Shown here one piece after another: positions 39,062 to 46,498 of a stretch of 52,388 bases of DNA (its first letter is position 1; every line of letters starts with the position of its first letter). Under the pieces are notes generated by a model, which was not told where the DNA came from, did no database searches, and was given only the letters and a program-made list of their open reading frames with translations. The position numbers were made by a program, and so were the translations under genes. The stretch comes from Bacteroidia bacterium (GTDB taxonomy: Bacteria > Bacteroidota > Bacteroidia > Bacteroidales > SM23-62). Where the stretch lies: positions 1 to 52,388 of the forward strand of contig JBGPAO010000001.1 of NCBI GenBank assembly GCA_041480755.1. The letters are read 5' to 3'.

Positions 39062-39943
39062 TCAGTCTGTCAGATAGGCTTCATATCTGTAATCAATCTC
39101 ATTAGTCCAGCCGATCAGATATTTAGTGTAGCTGCTTATTTCAAGGGACCAGATATTTTTTCCATATGGATCCCGCATGATTTCATCCGGGAATTCAGAT
39201 TCAAGGAATTTAATCTTTTTGTCATTCTGCCTGTATATGGTTCTGTACATATCTGCAGCTCCATAAAGATGTAAAAGATTATGGGCTATTTCGGAAGGAT
39301 ACTTATAGCTTACAATTGCAAATTCGACATCTTGAGTGCTCATAGTATTCATGGCAACGGAAATGTCGGTCTTATAGTAATTATTTACCATAAATAAAAG
39401 AGCAACACTTTCAACATTGTTCTCATCCCTGAGATAGGCTACCAGTCTTTCTTTATTCCTTGGATTCTGGATTTCGGGCAGGCCTTCTTTTTCCTTTATG
39501 GGAAGGGAATTTCCGGCTATCTTGGCAATTCCGTCTGCCCAGGTATTAATTAATACGGTTCCCTTTTTCATATTCGGGACAGAAATGGATTCACTTACTG
39601 TTCCCGCAGGGAGATTTTTTGTGATCGTTGTAAACTCTTCCCCGATGTAAAAATCAGAAATGATATTCAGGACGATATTATTTTTTTTAGCCTGAGTATC
39701 CAGCCAGTTTATTGCGACTCTGACTGAATCGATGGTGGACTGAATATCAAATTCAGTCCATGGTGATGTCGTCCTGTTATCAATGAAAATGAAATAAATT
39801 AAGGCATCGCCCCTGAGATCCTTACAGACATTCTTTAACCTTGCATCACGATAATCTGTTTTCTTCAGAGAATATCCGGAAGGAAGAAGAGAAAATAATA
39901 TGATAACTGCTATGGAAATTAGATTTTTCATAAGTGTGTTCAA
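39062..39943 (-). CDS. Secreted hypothetical protein with an HNxxH...GAADMY motif
   Basis: 293-aa ORF with an N-terminal signal or anchor (ISIAVIILFSLLPSG). It lies between nth and the nifS-selD fusion, with 12-nt and 39-nt gaps. I cannot assign a family with confidence. Confidence 0.55.
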   Translation of the reverse strand: MNTLMKNLISIAVIILFSLLPSGYSLKKTDYRDARLKNVCKDLRGDALIYFIFIDNRTTSPWTEFDIQSTIDSVRVAINWLDTQAKKNNIVLNIISDFYIGEEFTTITKNLPAGTVSESISVPNMKKGTVLINTWADGIAKIAGNSLPIKEKEGLPEIQNPRNKERLVAYLRDENNVESVALLFMVNNYYKTDISVAMNTMSTQDVEFAIVSYKYPSEIAHNLLHLYGAADMYRTIYRQNDKKIKFLESEFPDEIMRDPYGKNIWSLEISSYTKYLIGWTNEIDYRYEAYLTD

Positions 39944-39955
39944 AATTAACGTTTT

Positions 39956-40612
39956 TCAGGCAGTTTTTATTTTAGAATTATAGTATTTACATATTCCTCT
40001 CACTCCACAATCCGTGCATTTTGGATTTCTGGCGGTGCATATATACCTGCCATGGAGGATCAGCCAGTGATGAGCTTTGCTTATTATTTCCTTTGGAAAA
40101 TTTTGTGTCAGCTGTTTTTCTGCCTGCAGCGGTGTCCTGGCTTTAGATGTAAGACCAATACGCTGAGATACCCTGAAAACATGTGTGTCAACCGGCATAA
40201 CAGGCATCCTGTAAATTACCGATGCTATCACATTAGCTGATTTTCTGCCAACGCCTGGTAATTTCTGCAGAAGTTCTACATCTGCAGGTATTTTATTGTT
40301 AAACTCATTAACAAGTGTTCTGGCCATACCAATAAGATGCTTTGCTTTGTTGTTAGGGTATGAACAACTTTTAATAAGCTCGTACACCTGCTCAGCGGTA
40401 GATGATGCAAGTAATTCTGCTGCAGGAAACCGTTTAAAAAAATCCGGGGTAATCATATTTACCCTTTTATCAGTGCATTGGGCGGATAATATCACGGCAA
40501 CAATTAATTCATACGGATCAGTATATTCAAGTTCCGTTTCAGGTTCGGGCATTACCTCCTGAAAATATTTTACCAGGGTTTTAAACCTTTCTTTTTTTGT
40601 AATTCCTTTCAT
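39956..40612 (-). CDS. nth: Endonuclease III (DNA-(apurinic or apyrimidinic site) lyase)
   Basis: 218-aa ORF with the HhH-GPD segment 'LPGVGRKSANVI', the catalytic 'PVDTHV.RV' and the C-terminal 4Fe-4S cluster 'C.ARNPKC..C.....C'. Confidence 0.95.
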   Translation of the reverse strand: MKGITKKERFKTLVKYFQEVMPEPETELEYTDPYELIVAVILSAQCTDKRVNMITPDFFKRFPAAELLASSTAEQVYELIKSCSYPNNKAKHLIGMARTLVNEFNNKIPADVELLQKLPGVGRKSANVIASVIYRMPVMPVDTHVFRVSQRIGLTSKARTPLQAEKQLTQNFPKEIISKAHHWLILHGRYICTARNPKCTDCGVRGICKYYNSKIKTA

Positions 40613-40680
40613 TTTATCAGAAAAATCATGTATTTAGTTTTAAATTATTGCTTATTCTTGCTAATAATAAAAAGAATGAT

Positions 40681-40688
40681 TAGGTTTG
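40681..40688 (+). promoter_or_regulatory. Candidate -7 promoter box TAGGTTTG for the aromatic-operon leader transcript
   Basis: Exact TAnnTTTG match, 26 nt upstream of the leader-peptide ATG (40714). Confidence 0.4.
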
Positions 40689-40713
40689 TACCGATTTTGA
40701 AAACAGACTGAAA

Positions 40714-40812
40714 ATGACAGTCAAAATTAATGATTTATTAACGGGTTACTTTTATTTCTTCTTTTATTATTTCTTTCAGGTTACTGAAGGCCCGGGCAAG
40801 AAATATAAATGA
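40714..40812 (+). CDS. Phe/Tyr-rich leader peptide (32 aa): MTVKINDLLTGYFYFFFYYFFQVTEGPGKKYK
   Basis: Translated by hand from ATG 40714 to TGA 40810-40812. Codons 12-21 (40747-40776) are ten consecutive Tyr/Phe codons. The ORF lies between a promoter-like box and a terminator hairpin, directly upstream of pheA. Confidence 0.75.
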   Translation: MTVKINDLLTGYFYFFFYYFFQVTEGPGKKYK

Positions 40813-40833
40813 TGCAAACAAAACATTAATAGA

Positions 40834-40864
40834 ATCCCGGGCAGAAAGCCCGGGATTTTTTTTT
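40834..40864 (+). terminator. Attenuator terminator: 9-bp stem ATCCCGGGC/GCCCGGGAT, 5-nt loop, followed by a T-run
   Basis: Read directly: 40834-40842 pairs with 40848-40856, and Ts run to 40864. It lies 21 nt before the pheA ATG. An upstream GGCCCGGGC (40789-40797) can pair with either arm. Confidence 0.8.
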
Positions 40865-40885
40865 ATAAACTAAACACAGCGAACA

Positions 40886-41725
40886 ATGCCAAAAAAAATA
40901 GTTATACAGGGCGGGTATGGAGCATTTCACGAAATTGCAGCTAACTACTATTTCGAAGGTGAGGAAATCGAAATTATGCCAAGGCTTACCTTTAAGGATA
41001 TGATGAAATCCCTTAAAAAGAATAATGCTGATTATGGTATTATGGCTATTGAAAACTCTCTGGCAGGCAGTATTCTGCCAAATTACAGTCTTCTGCAGGA
41101 TTCAAACATGAGAATCATCGGGGAAATATACCTCAGGATTGAACAAAACCTTGTAGTATTACCCGGACAGAAGATAGATCAGATCCATGAAGTCTATTCT
41201 CATCCCATGGCCATACTCCAGTGTCAGGACTTTTTTGATAGTTATCCGCATATTAGGCTCATCGAAAGTCCGGATACCGCATTAAGCGCAAAGGATATCA
41301 GGGATAATGAACTTAAAGGTACAGGAGCGATTGCCAGCAGACAGGCTGCTGAGAAATATAAGCTGGAAATAATCGCTGCCGGAATTGAAACCAACAAAAA
41401 GAATTATACAAGATTTCTTATTATAGTTGAGAATAATCACAATAATAAAGAAATCCTCCCGGTAAATAAAGCATCCATTCATTTTGCGCTTGCCCATAAA
41501 ATAGGAAGTCTTTCAAAGATCCTTTCAATTTTATCATATTATGAAATTAACCTGACTAAGATTCAGTCAATACCAATTATAGGAAAAGACTGGGAATACC
41601 AGTTTTATATTGATGTTGAAATAGAGGATTACTCACTTTATCAGAAATCCCTTGAAGCAGTTAAACCATTTACAAGTAATCTCGGTATTCTGGGTGAATA
41701 TCAGAAGGGGAGGTCAATACTTTGA
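40886..41725 (+). CDS. pheA: Prephenate dehydratase
   Basis: 279-aa ORF with 'IQGGYGAFHE', 'ENSLAGSI', 'SHP.A..QC' and 'NYTRF' followed by a C-terminal ACT domain ('KIGSL..IL'). Confidence 0.92.
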   Translation: MPKKIVIQGGYGAFHEIAANYYFEGEEIEIMPRLTFKDMMKSLKKNNADYGIMAIENSLAGSILPNYSLLQDSNMRIIGEIYLRIEQNLVVLPGQKIDQIHEVYSHPMAILQCQDFFDSYPHIRLIESPDTALSAKDIRDNELKGTGAIASRQAAEKYKLEIIAAGIETNKKNYTRFLIIVENNHNNKEILPVNKASIHFALAHKIGSLSKILSILSYYEINLTKIQSIPIIGKDWEYQFYIDVEIEDYSLYQKSLEAVKPFTSNLGILGEYQKGRSIL

Positions 41726-41726
41726 A

Positions 41727-41764
41727 GAAATGACTAAAATTTGAAATTTGAAATGACTAAAATT
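41727..41764 (+). repeat. 15-nt direct repeat GAAATGACTAAAATT x2 (41727-41741 and 41750-41764) in the pheA-aroG spacer
   Basis: Read directly. The two copies are perfect and offset by 23 nt. Confidence 0.85.
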
Positions 41765-41837
41765 AAACACTCAAATAATTTAAGAGGAGACATCGATTTT
41801 AAGACGTTTTTAGGTTCTTTTTAAAATATCATAGAAA

Positions 41838-42941
41838 ATGAGCATCAAACTGGATATTGAACCATTTGTCGTTGGCGGGATCAAACTTGAAAGGCCGTTC
41901 ATCATCGCGGGTCCCTGCAGTGCCGAAACCGAAGAGCAGGTCATGTCAACAGCAAAACAGATTGCGGGACTGGGAATCAGGGTTTTCAGAGCAGGTATAT
42001 GGAAGCCAAGAACCCGTCCTAATGCATTTGAGGGCGTCGGATCAAAAGGATTAGCATGGCTGAAAAAAGTCAAGGAGGAAACCGGGATGCTTACAGCTGT
42101 CGAAGTAGCAAATGTTAAACACGTTTACGAAGCACTAAAATTTGGGGTGGATATTTTCTGGATTGGTGCCCGGACAACTGCGAATCCTTTTGCAGTTCAG
42201 GAAATAGCAGATACACTGCAGGGTATAGATATCCCTGTCCTTGTTAAAAATCCGGTTAATCCTGATATTGATCTATGGATTGGAGCTATGGAGCGGCTTA
42301 ACCAGGCCGGAATTAAGAAACTGGCCGCAATACACAGGGGCTTTTCAACTTTCGAGAAATCAGGATTCAGAAATAATCCTCAGTGGCAGATCCCAATCGA
42401 GATTAAAAGACGGATACCTGAATTACCTGTAATAACTGATCCAAGCCATATCTGCGGCAACAGGGAGGGATTATTTGAAGTATCACAGGAAGCCATGGAC
42501 CTCAATTTTGAGGGGCTGATGATTGAATCCCACATCGATCCGGATAATGCATTAAGTGATCCCCAACAGCAGGTGACTCCTGAAGAGTTAAAAAAACTTC
42601 TGGACAAACTGGTGATCAGGGATCCTCATATTGAAAATGGCATTTTACTGACAATTGGGGAGCTCAGGGCACAAATTGATGGCCTCGATGACAAAATAAT
42701 TGATATTTTTGAGAAGAGGATGCTGGTCTCTGAAGAAATCGGCCGGTATAAAAAGGAACATAATATATCAATCTTTCAATCGCAACGGTGGGATTCCATA
42801 TTGAATAAGCGCCTGCAGATGGGAGCTGATAAAGGTTTAAGCAGCGATTTTATTCAGACGGTTTTCACAGCCATTCATGAGGAATCAATTAGTCACCAGA
42901 ATAAGATAATGAACCTGGGTAAGGAAACGGAAAGTGATTAA
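41838..42941 (+). CDS. aroG: Bifunctional 3-deoxy-7-phosphoheptulonate (DAHP) synthase type I-beta / chorismate mutase (C-terminal CM)
   Basis: 367-aa ORF. The KDSA-like DAHPS core has 'IAGPCS.E', 'R.G.WKPRT.P..F.G', 'W.GAR' and 'DPSH..G'. The C-terminal roughly 90 aa ('LR..ID.LD..I...F..RM..S..IG..K') form an AroQ-type chorismate mutase. Confidence 0.88.
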   Translation: MSIKLDIEPFVVGGIKLERPFIIAGPCSAETEEQVMSTAKQIAGLGIRVFRAGIWKPRTRPNAFEGVGSKGLAWLKKVKEETGMLTAVEVANVKHVYEALKFGVDIFWIGARTTANPFAVQEIADTLQGIDIPVLVKNPVNPDIDLWIGAMERLNQAGIKKLAAIHRGFSTFEKSGFRNNPQWQIPIEIKRRIPELPVITDPSHICGNREGLFEVSQEAMDLNFEGLMIESHIDPDNALSDPQQQVTPEELKKLLDKLVIRDPHIENGILLTIGELRAQIDGLDDKIIDIFEKRMLVSEEIGRYKKEHNISIFQSQRWDSILNKRLQMGADKGLSSDFIQTVFTAIHEESISHQNKIMNLGKETESD

Positions 42942-42960
42942 TACTTAAATTGAATAATTA

Positions 42961-44001
42961 TTGAGGACAATCGATTTAAATACCGGAACAGGTCATTGCA
43001 GCATAATTACGGGAGGCAATCTGGCAGATTTACCTGCACGGATAGCTGATTGCCGGATAGCGGTGATTACAGATAAGAATGTAAGCCGTTATTACAGGGA
43101 TTTTTTCCCGGCAGGGCTGGTTGCTGAGATTGAACCAGGAGAACAGAGCAAGAACCTGGAGACGGTTCATTCAATTTATGAACAATTGGTTGATGCTGAA
43201 ATTGACAGAAAAGATTTTATCCTTGGAATAGGAGGGGGAGTAGTATGTGACCTGGCAGGTTTCGTTGCGTCCACTTACCTGAGAGGAATGCGGTTTGGAT
43301 TTGTTGCATCCTCCCTGCTTGCCCAGGTGGATGCAGCTATTGGGGGTAAAAATGGAGTTGATTTTAAAAACTTTAAAAATATAATAGGTGTCATCAGACA
43401 GCCTGAATTTGTAATATGTGATCCGGAAATGCTGAAAACACTTAACAGGAAAGAATTCATAGGGGGATTGGCTGAAGTTATTAAATATGGTGCGATTATG
43501 GATAGGGGACTCTTTGAATATTGCGAAAACCGCTCTAAGGAGATACTTGAAATGGATCCTGGAGTGATTGATGAGATTGTTTATATGTCTGCAGGTAATA
43601 AAGTCAAACTCGTTGAAATTGATGAATTTGAGAAAGGAGAAAGGACAAAATTAAATTTTGGTCATACCTTTGCACATGCACTTGAGAAAATATCCGGAAT
43701 TACTCATGGGGAAGCAGTTGCCATTGGGATGAATATTGCCGGGACTATCTCTGTCAGTGAAGGTCTCCTTCCTGAACAGACAGCAATACGCCTGAAATCA
43801 TTAATTCAGAACCTGGGACTTCCTGTTTCACTGGATGCCGATCCAGACGGACTTTTTCAGGCAATCAGGAAAGACAAAAAGAAGAGGGGAGAGGTTATCG
43901 GGCTTGTGCTTCTTGAGGATTTAGGCAAATCTGTAATTAAGTATATGGAACTGGACAGGTTAAAATTTATTCTGAATGATTTGCATCTGCATAGCAAATA
44001 A
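42961..44001 (+). CDS. aroB: 3-dehydroquinate synthase
   Basis: 346-aa ORF with a TTG start. It contains 'GGGVV.DLAGF.ASTYLRG', 'LLAQVDA.IGGK.G', 'EV.KYG' and 'LNFGHT.AHA.E'. Confidence 0.9.
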   Translation: MRTIDLNTGTGHCSIITGGNLADLPARIADCRIAVITDKNVSRYYRDFFPAGLVAEIEPGEQSKNLETVHSIYEQLVDAEIDRKDFILGIGGGVVCDLAGFVASTYLRGMRFGFVASSLLAQVDAAIGGKNGVDFKNFKNIIGVIRQPEFVICDPEMLKTLNRKEFIGGLAEVIKYGAIMDRGLFEYCENRSKEILEMDPGVIDEIVYMSAGNKVKLVEIDEFEKGERTKLNFGHTFAHALEKISGITHGEAVAIGMNIAGTISVSEGLLPEQTAIRLKSLIQNLGLPVSLDADPDGLFQAIRKDKKKRGEVIGLVLLEDLGKSVIKYMELDRLKFILNDLHLHSK

Positions 44002-44617
44002 AAATTATGATCAGTGCAGGCGAATTCTGAATCGCGAGGAATTAGCCGAACTCAGGCTTGATCTGCTGGATCTGACTAAAATTCAGGTTAAGCGGCTTTT
44101 CAGTATACCGGCAGGAACAATTGCAACCTGCCGTGAAGGAAAGTTTTCAGATAGTGAACGTATGGACTTGCTTAAAACCGCAATCTTTAGCGGAGCAAAA
44201 TATATTGATATTGAGCTTGAAATGCCCATCGGGATGAGGGAAACACTCATTAAACTGGCGAAAGAACATAGATGTAAAGTGATAATCTCATACCATAATT
44301 TTGATCTGACACCGCCTATCCCGGAACTGAGGTCGATAATAAAAATATGCAGGGAAGCCGGTGCTGAAATTGTTAAAATTGCGTGCCAGGTGGTTAATCC
44401 TGATGATTCGGCAAATCTGATGTCTCTTTATACACTTGAGAAGAATATCATTTCTTTTGGAATGGGAATCGATGGTCTTATTACAAGATTAGCAGCCCCG
44501 CTACTTGGCGCAGAATTTACTTATGCGGCTGCAGATAAAAACAGTAAAACCGGCCCCGGGCAGGTTACCGGTAAAGAAATGAAGTCTTTTTACAGGATAT
44601 TGGGTTATTCGAAATAG
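43976..44617 (+). CDS. aroD: Type I 3-dehydroquinate dehydratase
   Basis: 213-aa ORF overlapping the aroB end by 26 nt. It contains 'AELRLD', 'YIDIEL', 'IISYHNF..TP' and 'VKIA' (Schiff-base Lys region). Confidence 0.8.
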   Translation: MICICIANKNYDQCRRILNREELAELRLDLLDLTKIQVKRLFSIPAGTIATCREGKFSDSERMDLLKTAIFSGAKYIDIELEMPIGMRETLIKLAKEHRCKVIISYHNFDLTPPIPELRSIIKICREAGAEIVKIACQVVNPDDSANLMSLYTLEKNIISFGMGIDGLITRLAAPLLGAEFTYAAADKNSKTGPGQVTGKEMKSFYRILGYSK

Positions 44618-44679
44618 TTTAAAATGACTTCCGGGAAACTGAAGATTCTGTTGTCAGATTATATTATATAAACATTAAA

Positions 44680-45672
44680 ATGAACAGTTTTGGCAGAATA
44701 TTCCGTGTAACCATCTTCGGGGAATCGCATGGTCCTGCTATAGGAATTGCAGTGGATGGTTGTCCCGCCGGGATCCCTCTGACAGAGGAACATTTCGCCG
44801 AGGATTTCATGCGCAGGAAGAGCGGAAGTCCGGGTACAACTCCGCGAAAGGAAGAAGATGTACCTGAGATCATTAGTGGTGTTTTTAGCGGGTACACTAC
44901 AGGTGCAACGCTTACAGTCATGGTCAGAAACAGAAATGTCAGGTCATCAGACTACGAATCATCGAAGGAAATTCCGCGGCCTGGTCACGCTGATTTTGTT
45001 GCGCTGAAAAAATATGGAGGATTTGCAGATTACCGGGGTGGAGGTCATTTCTCAGGAAGACTTACAACATCTCTGGTAGCTGCAGGTGTCATCGCAAAAA
45101 AAATTATACGTCCTATTCTGTGTGATGCAAAACTTGTTGAAGCCGGAGGATCAAACGATATTGAATCAGCAGTGAACAAAGCCATGGAAGAGAAAGATTC
45201 TATTGGAGGGATTGTGGAATGCAGGATAACAAATGTGCCGGCAGGACTGGGGGAACCTTTTTTCGATTCGGTGGAATCGCTGGTAAGCCATATGATTTTT
45301 TCAATACCTGCAATCAAAGGAATTGAATTCGGATCAGGCTTTAATTCTGCAAAAATGAAAGGGAGTAAACATAATGATAAAATAATCAGCATTAATGGAA
45401 AGACCGGGACTAACTATTCAGGTGGGATAAATGGCGGCATATCAAACGGTAATGAAATAGTTTTTCGTGTTGCGGTAAAACCTACCTCAAGTATCCCGCA
45501 GGACCAGAAAACTTTAAATTTTAAGACAGGCAAATTAGTTGATCTCAGGATTAAAGGCAGGCATGATACATGTATTGCCCTGAGGGTTCCTGTTGTGACA
45601 GAGGCAGCTGCAGCAATTGTACTGGCGGACTTAATGATGCTTGAACAGAAAATTAACAGAATCAATAAATGA
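44680..45672 (+). CDS. aroC: Chorismate synthase
   Basis: 330-aa ORF with 'FGESHG...G...DG.PAG', 'RPGHAD' and 'GGG..SGR.T', and a C-terminal 'RHD.C' region. Confidence 0.93.
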   Translation: MNSFGRIFRVTIFGESHGPAIGIAVDGCPAGIPLTEEHFAEDFMRRKSGSPGTTPRKEEDVPEIISGVFSGYTTGATLTVMVRNRNVRSSDYESSKEIPRPGHADFVALKKYGGFADYRGGGHFSGRLTTSLVAAGVIAKKIIRPILCDAKLVEAGGSNDIESAVNKAMEEKDSIGGIVECRITNVPAGLGEPFFDSVESLVSHMIFSIPAIKGIEFGSGFNSAKMKGSKHNDKIISINGKTGTNYSGGINGGISNGNEIVFRVAVKPTSSIPQDQKTLNFKTGKLVDLRIKGRHDTCIALRVPVVTEAAAAIVLADLMMLEQKINRINK

Positions 45673-45676
45673 AATA

Positions 45677-46456
45677 ATGAAAATTGCAATAATGGGAGCA
45701 GGCAAGATGGGCTCATGGCTTGTGGAAGCACTTTGCCTGGATTATGATGTTGGGGTTTACGATAAAGAGAAGCAAAAGCTGAAATACTTTTTTAATTCTC
45801 ACAAATTCCTGTCTTATGAAGAGATCGGGGTGTTCAATCCTGATTTATTGATAAATGCTGTGACACTTAATAGCACTGTTCAAGTGTTCCGGGAGATACA
45901 GCCATTTTTGAACACAAATTGTATTCTGGCCGATATCACTTCAGTTAAGAATGGCCTCTTTTTGTATTATAAAGAAAGCGGGAAGAGATTTGTTTCGACA
46001 CATCCAATGTTCGGCCCGACATTTGGCAACATTAAGGATCTTAGTACGGAAAATGCAATCATAATAAAGGAATCGGATGAGGAAGGGAAACAGTTTTTCA
46101 GGAAATTTTACAAATCCCTGAAACTAAACATTTACGAATATTCTTTCGAGGAACATGACCAGACTATCGCATATTCCTTATCAATTCCATTCTCATCTTC
46201 ACTTGTATTTGCGGCCTGCATGAAGAAGCAGGAAGCTCCCGGAACCACTTTCAGAAAGCACCTTGAGGTAGCCAGGGGTGTTCTTTCTGAAGATGATTAC
46301 CTCCTGTCAGAAATTCTTTTCAGTCCTTACACAGCGGAGCAGGTGAAAAAAATCAATGCTAAACTTGATTCGCTTATAGAGATAATTACGAACAAGGACT
46401 TCGAGAAGCTGAAACAGTTTTTTGACGGACTCAGGAAAAATATAGAATTGACTTAG
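45677..46456 (+). CDS. tyrA: Prephenate dehydrogenase
   Basis: The preferred start is ATG at 45677, giving the Rossmann N-terminus 'MKIAIMGAGKMGSW', 4 nt after the aroC stop. The track start at 45641 overlaps aroC. It contains 'D..SVK' and 'HPMFGP'. Confidence 0.85.
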   Translation: MKIAIMGAGKMGSWLVEALCLDYDVGVYDKEKQKLKYFFNSHKFLSYEEIGVFNPDLLINAVTLNSTVQVFREIQPFLNTNCILADITSVKNGLFLYYKESGKRFVSTHPMFGPTFGNIKDLSTENAIIIKESDEEGKQFFRKFYKSLKLNIYEYSFEEHDQTIAYSLSIPFSSSLVFAACMKKQEAPGTTFRKHLEVARGVLSEDDYLLSEILFSPYTAEQVKKINAKLDSLIEIITNKDFEKLKQFFDGLRKNIELT

Positions 46457-46498
46457 ATTGTTATTCAGACTGTTTTTCTGGATTTTTTACGTAGAAGA

